From an uncultured virus (IMG/VR IMGVR_UViG_3300045996_002556) (taxonomy: Duplodnaviria; Heunggongvirae; Uroviricota; Caudoviricetes), in the IMG/VR virus record IMGVR_UViG_3300045996_002556: a stretch of 64,000 nucleotides of DNA; one strand, written 5' to 3'. Position numbers and translations under genes: made by a program. Of the stretch, positions 40,642 through 48,669 are shown piece by piece. The notes under the pieces are model-generated. The model saw only the letters and a list, made by a program, of their open reading frames with translations, was not told where the DNA came from and did no database searches. Positions within the stretch are counted from its first letter, which is position 1, and every line of letters starts with the position of its first letter.

Positions 40642-41466
40642 CTACTTTACCGTCGTCGGTCGGCCGAGGTAGCCGCCGGCCGCCGTGCCGAGGCCGGCGC
40701 CCAGCCCGCCGAACATCTGCATCAGGGCCGCGAACTTCTGCGCGTCCATCTGCTCGCGCGCCATCTGCTCGCCCACGATGTCGCCCGCGGTGCTGGTGAC
40801 GCCGGAAGCGTTCCCCTCGAACAGCCCGGCGAGGAACCGCCGCAGCTCGTCCTGATTGCCTTCCGCTTGCTGGAAAACCTGGTTCTGCATCCCGCTCCGA
40901 GCGGCTGCATCGTACGAGGCTTTCTGCGCCATCAGCGCATCGGCCCGGCTACTGTCCATCATCCCGGCGCCGCTCAGGTGGCCGAGTAGCTGGCTATCGC
41001 CGCGCGCCTGCTGGTCGCTGAGGCCCTCGAAGCGGTTCGCGTAGCCGGAGGCGATGTTCTCCGGGTCCGTCCGGGACTTCATCTGCTCGATGAGGTCGTA
41101 GAGCCCCGGTAGTTGGCTGGAGGCCAGCTGTGCCCGGTACTGCATCATCAGCCGCCGCAGCGACTTCGCTCCCGCCCCCTGCGCGTTCGTCGGCCGCTCC
41201 ACGTTCCAGTTCATCCGCTCGTTCGGCGGAGGTGCCGGGTCTGCGGCTGCCCGAGCCGGAGGGGGCGCCGCAGCCGGACGCGGTGGCAGGGGGGCGGCGT
41301 TGGCGGTAGCGCCGGTCGGGGTGGCGACGCTGGCGGGGGGTGTCATCCGGGTGGCGCCATCCTGCACCGACCGCCGCTCCTGCGCGCCGCCGGTCAGGCT
41401 GCCCGCCCATTGCCGGCGGAAGTCGGAGTTCTGGTGGGCCGTGCGGTAGTTCGGACTCGGCATCAT
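40642..41466 (-). CDS. Putative ejection/DNA-transfer (pilot-like) protein
   Basis: Gln/Ala-rich with Gly-rich hydrophobic C-terminus (MFGGLGAGLGTAAGGYLG). Confidence 0.6.
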   Translation of the reverse strand: MMPSPNYRTAHQNSDFRRQWAGSLTGGAQERRSVQDGATRMTPPASVATPTGATANAAPLPPRPAAAPPPARAAADPAPPPNERMNWNVERPTNAQGAGAKSLRRLMMQYRAQLASSQLPGLYDLIEQMKSRTDPENIASGYANRFEGLSDQQARGDSQLLGHLSGAGMMDSSRADALMAQKASYDAAARSGMQNQVFQQAEGNQDELRRFLAGLFEGNASGVTSTAGDIVGEQMAREQMDAQKFAALMQMFGGLGAGLGTAAGGYLGRPTTVK

Positions 41467-41498
41467 GTCGGGACCTCCAGCGAGCGATATAACGCTTG

Positions 41499-41515
41499 AT
41501 TATACCTGATATAAT
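41499..41515. promoter_or_regulatory. ATTATA-N5-TATAAT inverted repeat, possible -10 element or operator before the ejection genes
   Basis: AT-rich intergenic site; no convincing -35. Confidence 0.4.
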
Positions 41516-41540
41516 GGAGCGTTTGGGAAGCGAGAAGTTG

Positions 41541-42752
41541 CTAGTTGCTCACGTAGAGCCGGCACACCATCTTGCGCGCGCTCGGGCTGCCGGTCTTGTA
41601 AGCAAAGATCGTGATGACATCGGTCGCGACGAACGTGTAAGTGCCCACTGCCGCGGTCGCATAGACGTGCTCATCCGTGCCTGCGGTGCCGGCCAGAGTG
41701 ACCGTGAAAGCGGTTGCCACGCCGTTCTTGTACACCACGGCCGTCACGTCATCGCCGGCACCACCCACGTCCGCCGTCAGGTCGATGTGCAGGCGCCGCA
41801 TCGAGCCGGGAAAGCCCGCCGCAAACGACACCAGATCGTTAGCGCCCTTCGACCACGCATTGAACAACTCGTCAGGAGCACCGCTGCCACCGAGGGTGGA
41901 GATGTCCTCTCGCGCCCAGGAGCCGAGGATCTGCGGCGCATCGGCGGAGGTGGTCGAGGCATCGGACCAGACCGGTAGCCCCGCGGCGAGGGAGAGCACC
42001 TGCCCGTCGGAGCCGGCCGGCAGCGCGTCCCACTTCGGATCGTTGTTTCCGTAGACCAACGCTCCGACCGACACCGCAGCCGCCGCAGTGTCCGTATGGG
42101 CGGAACCATCCAGCAGCGCGTTGGAGCTGGTGCCCGGCGCTTGGAAGGCAAAGGTGGTGGCGCCGGTGGCGGTCAAGACGTGGCCGGTAGTCAGTCCACT
42201 CGCGGTATGATCCGCCCCGACGAGGGCATGCTGCTGGTTGTGATGGTCGTTCGCTCCGATCCCGGTAAGTTCGGAGTGCGCCACCTGTCCCCAAGCCGGT
42301 TCGTTCGCCCCCGCTTTCAGCACGTAGTTCAGCGTGCCTTTTGCCAGTCGCGCCCACGCTGGGCTCGCCCCTTGCGCCGTGATAATGTCGCCGCGAGTAG
42401 GGGATGTCGCCGTGGTGTCTCCGTGGCGAGCCGAGAGTAGGTTGTGCGCGTCCGCATCCCAGGCCGGGGCGCCGCTGACCACCTTCAGGAAGTAGCCTTC
42501 CAGGCCGATCGCCAGGCGCGTCCACAGGGGGGTGGTGTCGGCGTAGATCATGTCGCCGGCTACCGGGTCCTGCTCGTCCGCATCGGTGTGCGTGGAGCCG
42601 AGGAGGGCATGCTCTCCAGCGCCCGGGGAGGGGCGAGTGGGCACGGGCCGCGGCTGGAGGTCTTCCCGCTCCTTCTGCTGGTTGATGGGGAGGGGGCGAC
42701 CGGTGCGAAGGCCGGGGCCAACGTCGCGAGATTTCGGTTTGCCGATGCGCAT
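41541..42752 (-). CDS. Tail fibre-like protein with internal repeats
   Basis: Three approximately 52-aa repeats H.LL...H.D..G.I...W..L..G....L......P.W; beta-rich C-terminal head. Confidence 0.7.
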   Translation of the reverse strand: MRIGKPKSRDVGPGLRTGRPLPINQQKEREDLQPRPVPTRPSPGAGEHALLGSTHTDADEQDPVAGDMIYADTTPLWTRLAIGLEGYFLKVVSGAPAWDADAHNLLSARHGDTTATSPTRGDIITAQGASPAWARLAKGTLNYVLKAGANEPAWGQVAHSELTGIGANDHHNQQHALVGADHTASGLTTGHVLTATGATTFAFQAPGTSSNALLDGSAHTDTAAAAVSVGALVYGNNDPKWDALPAGSDGQVLSLAAGLPVWSDASTTSADAPQILGSWAREDISTLGGSGAPDELFNAWSKGANDLVSFAAGFPGSMRRLHIDLTADVGGAGDDVTAVVYKNGVATAFTVTLAGTAGTDEHVYATAAVGTYTFVATDVITIFAYKTGSPSARKMVCRLYVSN

Positions 42753-42815
42753 GGGTTAGCCTGATTACGGTATAATCGTCCCTGGAGACGACCTGCCTAC
42801 CGAAGGGACGAGGCG

Positions 42816-43049
42816 ATGCCTGACTGCCCGCGATGCTGCATCTACACACCGCGACGCGACCGGTGTTCTTGCTGCGGCTTGAATGAATGGGCGTTCAGGC
42901 AGATGGCCGAGGAACTGCGCCACTTGCCCCCATCCCAGTGCATCACGCCCCGCATGGTTGGCGAGCCCGAATGGCTTGACGACACCTCGGAAGCCTTCCG
43001 CTCGGAGCTAGAGAAGGCGCAGGGCTGGCTGGCACGTCATCCTCGTTGA
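42816..43049 (+). CDS. Small antisense Cys-rich protein
   Basis: TATAAT at 42771; GAGG RBS; CPRC..CSCC. Confidence 0.55.
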   Translation: MPDCPRCCIYTPRRDRCSCCGLNEWAFRQMAEELRHLPPSQCITPRMVGEPEWLDDTSEAFRSELEKAQGWLARHPR

Positions 43050-45835
43050 TAGAGCCCGACCCGCACGCCGCGGGCTCGTAGGGCGACGCTCTGACTCCCG
43101 CTCAGCTTGAGCTGGGCATAGCGGCCCCGAATGCCCGGCGCCACTCGGCTTTCAGTTGTCACGAACCCACTCGACGCACTACTCAGCGTCAGGGTGTAGG
43201 TCGTGGCCGAGGCGGTGCCGTCCAGCACTGGAGTGGCGGTGGCTGCCTGGTTGGCAGCGGCATCCCACTCCGCGGAAACGAACGACCATTCCCACACCGA
43301 ACCGGGGCCTGCATCGTACGCCTTGCCCTGCCACAGCCACGCGATCGCACTACCGCTATCCGTCACCAGGTCCACATCCAGCGAGGAGCGCTGCAGGTAG
43401 TAGAGGGTCGCGGTCGCTGACGCAGCGCCGGCTACGAGTTGCCCCGCGTCCCCGCCGCCGCGCTTCAGTCGCGTGTAGCACGACCACCCGAACGAGGTGT
43501 AGTAGGTCCACCCGCGGCGGTTCGGCACGTAACCCTGATTGCCCATCCCGCCGGCCTGTGGATCGAAGGTCAACGAAGCGTCATTCGCGGACTGCCCGGC
43601 CCGCGTCAGCGAGAGATGCAGTCGCCCGCGCTCATCGATACCCATGGCCGCATTCAGTCGGGAGGCATAGGGGATGGCGCGAAGCTTGCTCTCGACCGGT
43701 TCCGAGATGACCCAACAAGGGAAATTCCCCTCGAAGTTGCCACCGCCCGGTTGCAGGACCCGCACGCCGTCCGAGGAGAGGAAGTACACCAGCTTGTCGG
43801 ACACCGCCACCGCTTCGCGCGCATCGAGCCCCACGTTGGCGCGCTGATACACCGCGAAGTCATCCCAGCCCGTGCCTTCCAGGGCCCAGATGCTCCGGTC
43901 CGTGAAGATCAGCAGCGTGCCGTCTGCCTCCACGAGCCGGCGGACATAATCCTTCGATGGCAAGTCGAACCAACCGGCTGAGGCGGGGTCGCCGTCCGGC
44001 GTCTGCACCTGCCGGAATTCGTCCGGAAAGAAGGCGCGGCTGACGTACACTCGCCACGGGTAGTTCGTCCCGCTGATCGTCACGTTCCCGGCGTAGAGGC
44101 GCCCGTTGGCGATGGCGTAGGTTGCTGCAAGGGGAGGAGTAACCCGACCGTCGGCCAGTTCTTCTGCGTCTTCGAGCGCCAGAGCCCCATCGGAGCGCAG
44201 GTCCGTAAAATAGGAAGGGGTTACTACGGCATTGTCAGCGTGGGTCGTAGGCACGGTGCCATTCCAGCCACGAGAAACCGTCAGCGTGCGGGTCGTGCCG
44301 TTAACGCCGTGCACTAGCATCTCTTCAGTGCCGCAAAGCACCACGCAGCCCGCAGAGTAGCCGGCCACCGAATCCACTACTACGTCGGTATCTGTCGCGC
44401 TGATGTTGGTAGCGTCATCAATCGCCGTCGCAGACACTGGCATGGTGCCAATCAATCGACCAGTGCGGAATGGGCCAGTGTCCCTATATCTCCAATATCG
44501 GACCACGTTGACCCCGCTATCGGGTGTGCCGGTGGCCGAGAGTTTAACACCGTAAACAGGCGGATCAGCTTCCAGCTTGAAGAGGGCGGCGGTAACCGGG
44601 TTGCTCTCCTGCTGGATCACGTCAACGTTGTTGATGCGAGTCGTGAGTGCATAACTGGCGCTGTACAGGTAGCTATCCGCTTCCAGTGGCCCCACCGCTA
44701 CCAACTGATCCAGCGTGATCTCGGGAGGGGTATTGAAGTTCCTGCCGGGAGAGGTGAGGCGGATGCCCACGAACGCGACCGCAGTGCGCCGGGCCGGGGG
44801 TATCCGGTCCAGCCCAATTTCAATGGTGGTCCAGGTCCCGCCTGTTACCGTTTCCTGGTCCGAGAACAGGCTGAAATTGACTGCCTGCCTTACTACGGCG
44901 TTGTCGAGATGCGACGCAGCTGCCGTCTTCTCTTGCGCTCGGGTCACAGCCAGCACAGTAGAGCTAGTAACCCCGGTTACCAGCATGATCTCGCTGTCAA
45001 TGCGGATGTAGTCACCCGCCTCGTAGCCGGTCGTGGAATCGACGGTGATCGCTGTAACGCTGTTGTTGATCCCGCCGTTGAGTTGGGTGTCGGGACTGTT
45101 CGGAGCAATTCCGAGCTGGAAGATGGCGCCGGCCTTGTTCGCTTGCACGTAGGCAACGAGCTTCTCGGCATAGGAGAGGTCGGCGACTGCGCCGAGGGAG
45201 AGTTGCCGGGTGGCACTGTCACCGCGGGAGCCGGTGTCGAAGGTGAAGACCACCGAAGCAATCCCTTCGCGTTTGTTGTCAGGGTCAGCGTTGGTGTCCG
45301 TGTCTCCGGTATTGGTCCACGCCCAGCCGGTAGTCGGATTGGCATTCTCCGTCGCATCTTCAAAGGCGTGCACCGTAGGGGCGAAAGGCTCCGGTTTGAT
45401 GCCGGTCGGCGGCGTCAGCGGGGTCACTGAGGACCACACACCTGCGTCGCTGCGCTTCCGCAGGGCGTCCTTGCTGCTGCCGCCGTAGACAACCTCGCGA
45501 TAGCCGATGAAGTCAAACGGCACGGTCCCCGTGAGGCCCGTCACGGTGCTGGCGAGGGTGCCCGCGCTGCCTTCGTAGATGACCGTTCCAGCCTGGGCCA
45601 ACCACTTCGTCGTCCCGTCGGTATGGTAGTAGCGATGCAGCCCGTTGATCTTGGACGAGACAGCCACCGTCGAGGCCGTGGCGTAGCCCCGTCGCACCCC
45701 GAGCCCGTAGTCGCGGAAATCCACGTTCTCGGCGAGGGAGCACTGGTCATCATCGATCTCGGTCGCATCGACATCGAGCACCAGCCCGCCATCAAATCGC
45801 CTGACTGCTAGCTCGCGCGCGCCATACAAACTCAC
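43037..45835 (-). CDS. Tail nozzle/head-closure protein (P22 gp10 / T7 gp12-like) with inserted domains
   Basis: FDGGL..ENVDF..VRRGY start and beta-propeller-like repeats; GTG start after GGAG. Confidence 0.7.
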   Translation of the reverse strand: MSLYGARELAVRRFDGGLVLDVDATEIDDDQCSLAENVDFRDYGLGVRRGYATASTVAVSSKINGLHRYYHTDGTTKWLAQAGTVIYEGSAGTLASTVTGLTGTVPFDFIGYREVVYGGSSKDALRKRSDAGVWSSVTPLTPPTGIKPEPFAPTVHAFEDATENANPTTGWAWTNTGDTDTNADPDNKREGIASVVFTFDTGSRGDSATRQLSLGAVADLSYAEKLVAYVQANKAGAIFQLGIAPNSPDTQLNGGINNSVTAITVDSTTGYEAGDYIRIDSEIMLVTGVTSSTVLAVTRAQEKTAAASHLDNAVVRQAVNFSLFSDQETVTGGTWTTIEIGLDRIPPARRTAVAFVGIRLTSPGRNFNTPPEITLDQLVAVGPLEADSYLYSASYALTTRINNVDVIQQESNPVTAALFKLEADPPVYGVKLSATGTPDSGVNVVRYWRYRDTGPFRTGRLIGTMPVSATAIDDATNISATDTDVVVDSVAGYSAGCVVLCGTEEMLVHGVNGTTRTLTVSRGWNGTVPTTHADNAVVTPSYFTDLRSDGALALEDAEELADGRVTPPLAATYAIANGRLYAGNVTISGTNYPWRVYVSRAFFPDEFRQVQTPDGDPASAGWFDLPSKDYVRRLVEADGTLLIFTDRSIWALEGTGWDDFAVYQRANVGLDAREAVAVSDKLVYFLSSDGVRVLQPGGGNFEGNFPCWVISEPVESKLRAIPYASRLNAAMGIDERGRLHLSLTRAGQSANDASLTFDPQAGGMGNQGYVPNRRGWTYYTSFGWSCYTRLKRGGGDAGQLVAGAASATATLYYLQRSSLDVDLVTDSGSAIAWLWQGKAYDAGPGSVWEWSFVSAEWDAAANQAATATPVLDGTASATTYTLTLSSASSGFVTTESRVAPGIRGRYAQLKLSGSQSVALRARGVRVGLYQRG

Positions 45836-45850
45836 GGGCGGTTTCTCCAG

Positions 45851-45889
45851 AAAAAAGAACCGCCCAGCAGAGGAATCCTCTGCTGGGCG
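45851..45889 (-). terminator. Intrinsic terminator immediately upstream of the nozzle gene
   Basis: Perfect 13-bp stem followed by GTTCTTTTTT. Confidence 0.8.
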
Positions 45890-45930
45890 ACCAACCTTGC
45901 CGGGACCCACCTGCTTCCCGAGGTATCCCG

Positions 45931-46320
45931 ATGCGCCTGCTACCTGCCTACGCGGCCCTGTCCCTGGCCGTGCTTTCGATTCCAGCCCCAGCCCAAACAC
46001 CACCCCGACTAGCGGTGACTCCAAAAAGCGTGCTGAACTTTGGCCGAGTGGCCGTAGGCAAGGATCGTTACATGAATATCAAACTCGCTAACCGCGGCGG
46101 GGGGACGATCAATGCAAGCTGGAACGCCCACCCGTCTGACGAGTTCAGCACACGCTTCAGTGGCGGCAGCGTGGACGCCGGGAGAACAAAGAAGCTTGAG
46201 TGCCGCTTTCGCCCACTGGATCAGGGGCTAATCGAGGTGCCACTCACCATTACGACCGACGATCCGCTCCGCCCCGAGGTGACGATCACGCTGCGGGGCA
46301 GGGGGTATTTCCGACGATGA
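45931..46320 (+). CDS. Secreted Ig-like (ASH / choice-of-anchor D-type) domain protein
   Basis: Signal peptide; LAVTP..LNFGRVAVG..I.LANRG..F.P..G..LTITTDDP..V.I.L.G.G. Confidence 0.8.
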   Translation: MRLLPAYAALSLAVLSIPAPAQTPPRLAVTPKSVLNFGRVAVGKDRYMNIKLANRGGGTINASWNAHPSDEFSTRFSGGSVDAGRTKKLECRFRPLDQGLIEVPLTITTDDPLRPEVTITLRGRGYFRR

Positions 46321-46661
46321 GCGAGCCTGAAGATCCGACGTTCGTAGCCTGGTGCCAAAAGCGCGGGATTGATCCCTACGACCTAGGATTAGAAGCCTAC
46401 GACTTACGGAAGACCCAGCAACTATGCGACGAGCATCTGGGCGAATTGCAATCTACCCTCGGCGCAAACAAAAGCAGCTCGGCTATTAACACCACCCTAG
46501 TAGTCGGGCTAGTGTTGGCGGGTTTGGCGCTGGGCTGGCTTGTCGGCAGTCGTCACGAAGGATCGCGCTACCAGTTCGAGACCCTTGGCCCAAGGGTAAT
46601 CATCATGGATCGCCAGACGGGCCAAATCCGCACCGAGTTGGCGCAATGGGAAACACCCTAG
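46317..46661 (+). CDS. Single-pass membrane protein
   Basis: LVVGLVLAGLALGWLVG followed by RYQF..IIMDRQTG. Confidence 0.7.
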   Translation: MSEPEDPTFVAWCQKRGIDPYDLGLEAYDLRKTQQLCDEHLGELQSTLGANKSSSAINTTLVVGLVLAGLALGWLVGSRHEGSRYQFETLGPRVIIMDRQTGQIRTELAQWETP

Positions 46662-46662
46662 C

Positions 46663-46881
46663 ATGCCAGAGGGCTGCGGAGCGAAGCTGGCTCGTTACAT
46701 TGTGAACCTGCTCCTGCTTTGGGCCGGACTGTTTTGCGCGGGTCGCCTCTGGCGCCTTTGCCACGACCTCGGGTTGCGCTCTCCTGAGTTCGATGGCCTG
46801 TACGCGGTTATGTCGGTCGCGCTCGTGCTTTCGGCCTGGTGGCGCTACGTAGCCCGTAGCAGGCCGAAGAAGACGCCCTGA
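46663..46881 (+). CDS. Small two-TM membrane protein
   Basis: Two hydrophobic segments and basic tail. Confidence 0.55.
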   Translation: MPEGCGAKLARYIVNLLLLWAGLFCAGRLWRLCHDLGLRSPEFDGLYAVMSVALVLSAWWRYVARSRPKKTP

Positions 46882-46882
46882 G

Positions 46883-46925
46883 AAACAATGGCCCTGACCA
46901 TGTAAAACGGTCAGGGCCATTGTTT
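46883..46925. terminator. Bidirectional terminator
   Basis: Perfect 17-bp inverted repeat between convergent genes. Confidence 0.85.
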
Positions 46926-46954
46926 TGCAGCGGCGAAAGTTTCAGGCGTAGGGG

Positions 46955-47167
46955 CTAGTCGGTCACCCGGTGGATGCGGTCGCCCTTGTACAACGTCCCG
47001 TCGATCTTGATGGGGCCATCGGGGTTGCGAATGGCCGTGTGCTTGATCTTCCGCCCGTCGAAGTAGGCGTTCCACGCGGCAGCGGCTCGGCGGCTGGTGT
47101 CGCGATCCGTGCGCTTCTTCGTGGCTCCCCCCAGGCTTTGCTGGATCTGCCCGAGTAGCTCTACCAT
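46955..47167 (-). CDS. Hypothetical protein, possibly a gene fragment
   Basis: Open frame downstream of the RHH gene. Confidence 0.45.
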   Translation of the reverse strand: MVELLGQIQQSLGGATKKRTDRDTSRRAAAAWNAYFDGRKIKHTAIRNPDGPIKIDGTLYKGDRIHRVTD

Positions 47168-47202
47168 ATGCCACTCGCCAGATGGCCCGTGCGGCTCGCC
47201 AT

Positions 47203-47385
47203 CTAATCCACTCCCTCGCGCTGCGCCAGTTCCTCTATGGCTCGCCGGATAACCCAGGACTGGTCGCGATCCATCTTGACGGAGAGCTTTTCCAGCCGCT
47301 GTACGTCGATGGCGCGTAACTTCAAGCTCTTGGTGTGCGGGTAGGTCTTCCCCTCGGGGCGCCCCCTAGTAGATGTGTCAGCCAT
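47203..47385 (-). CDS. CopG/RHH regulator, probably leaderless
   Basis: KSLKL...VQRLEKLS..DRDQSWVIRRAIEE. Confidence 0.8.
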   Translation of the reverse strand: MADTSTRGRPEGKTYPHTKSLKLRAIDVQRLEKLSVKMDRDQSWVIRRAIEELAQREGVD

Positions 47386-47391
47386 GCCCTA

Positions 47392-47463
47392 ATGGTAGCA
47401 CGGAAAATAGCTCGGGGCAATTCGATAAATACCCTTGCCGCTGGATATATTCGGTGATACCAT
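47392..47463. promoter_or_regulatory. Back-to-back promoters of near-identical sequence
   Basis: - TTGCCC(47420)-17-TACCAT(47397); + TTGCCG(47435)-17-TACCAT(47458). Confidence 0.75.
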
Positions 47464-47484
47464 AAATATGTAGCCAGAAACGAC

Positions 47485-47526
47485 GAACGGTCGGCTCCCA
47501 ACCGCCAAGAAGAGCGCCGACCGTTC
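47485..47526. terminator. Hairpin, possible minus-strand terminator or leader structure
   Basis: 11-bp stem preceded by GCCAGAAACGAC. Confidence 0.5.
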
Positions 47527-47554
47527 CCGCCCGAGACCCCGAAGGGACACGGAC

Positions 47555-47995
47555 ATGCAAACCTTATCATTCGCCGGAGCCGCTTACCGCACGAAGCTCC
47601 TCTCCGCCACCCAGGCCCAGCGCTTCGCCGCCTGCCTGCAGGCCAACTCTTCCTTCTCCGCCGTGGCGGTAGAGGAGAGCCCCCGCGCCAAGAGCGCCGA
47701 CCGCAAGCACTTCGTCTCCTACGTCCCCGCGAACGCTGCCCGCCGTGCCGAGATGATCGAGCGGGAGCAGGACGCCCGCGTGGTCCGCGGCTTCACCGAG
47801 GGCAGCGATTACGTGTTCTGCCTGGACGACAGCCATCGGTTCTTCTGGTGCCTGTCCACTTCGGGCGAGGTCTACGAAGTCACCTCGGCGAGCTGCTCCT
47901 GCCCAGATCACACGTTCCGCTGCAAGCCGAACGGTCTGAAGTGCAAGCACCAGATCGCCCTCCGCGAAGGCGTGGGCACCGTCCAGTCTTTCTAA
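47555..47995 (+). CDS. SWIM zinc-finger protein
   Basis: YEV....CSCPD..R......CKHQIAL. Confidence 0.88.
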   Translation: MQTLSFAGAAYRTKLLSATQAQRFAACLQANSSFSAVAVEESPRAKSADRKHFVSYVPANAARRAEMIEREQDARVVRGFTEGSDYVFCLDDSHRFFWCLSTSGEVYEVTSASCSCPDHTFRCKPNGLKCKHQIALREGVGTVQSF

Positions 47996-48000
47996 ACGAC

Positions 48001-48042
48001 AGAACGGGGGCGCTAGCCGTGGAAAGTCGGCGCCCCCGTTCT
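48001..48042. terminator. Hairpin, possible minus-strand terminator or leader structure
   Basis: 13-bp perfect stem preceded by AAACGAC. Confidence 0.55.
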
Positions 48043-48067
48043 CCCTCTCCTCGAAAGGAGCAGTTCC

Positions 48068-48448
48068 ATGCTATCCCAACGTTCCTTCGGTGACGACGGT
48101 TACGCGCAGGCCCTGGCCGTGCGCCGCGCCCTCACGCTCGATGCGGACTACGCGCCGCTCCCCTTGGCCGAAGCCCTCGCCGCACATCATCAGGTCGAAG
48201 TCCTGCGAGGCAGCATCTCTCGCGCCTACTTCTGCGAGTTCACCGATGCCAACGTGATCTCGCTGCCCGCAGCGTGGGGCCCGGAGGAGCAGGCCCGCAC
48301 CATCGCTGCCCTGTGCGCTCAGCAGTTCTACGCGGTCAATCCGCACCAGCCGCTGACGCGCAGCATGAGCGACTACACGCCAGTTGCGGAGGAGTTCGGC
48401 CGGGCGTTCGCGTTGGCGTTCCTCGCACCGTGGGCTGAAGCAGCCTAA
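48068..48448 (+). CDS. ImmA/IrrE-like protein lacking HExxH
   Basis: L...LA....VEV..VISL....EEQARTIA(ALCAQ)..EEFGRAFALAFLAP; AAGGAG RBS. Confidence 0.55.
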   Translation: MLSQRSFGDDGYAQALAVRRALTLDADYAPLPLAEALAAHHQVEVLRGSISRAYFCEFTDANVISLPAAWGPEEQARTIAALCAQQFYAVNPHQPLTRSMSDYTPVAEEFGRAFALAFLAPWAEAA

Positions 48449-48457
48449 CGCACCGTA

Positions 48458-48489
48458 ACCAGAAGGGGCGTCTCGCCGTCCCTTCTGGT
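48458..48489. terminator. Hairpin after the moron gene
   Basis: 13-bp stem with one G-U pair. Confidence 0.55.
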
Positions 48490-48669
48490 ATGCCTACCGA
48501 TCCAGACCCCGAACCCCTCCCGCCCACTACCATCGCGGAACGGGAGCAGCAACTCCACGACCAACTCAGCGCCCTACGCCTCCTGCGTCCCAGCGCAAAG
48601 CCGGCTCCACGCCTGGAAGACCTCCGGTACACCGCACCGGAAGACCCGAAGCGCACCCTCCGCGGCTAG
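48490..48669 (+). CDS. 59-aa hypothetical protein
   Basis: MPTDPDPEPLPPTTIAEREQQLHDQL..., below the ORF-track cutoff. Confidence 0.35.
   Translation: MPTDPDPEPLPPTTIAEREQQLHDQLSALRLLRPSAKPAPRLEDLRYTAPEDPKRTLRG

Noticed and set aside
45836..46024. N-terminal extension of the nozzle ORF given by the ORF track
   Set aside because: Runs through a terminator and the opposite-strand gene; GTG at 45835 has an RBS
46663..46881. Holin
   Set aside because: Opposite strand to the late genes and no adjacent endolysin
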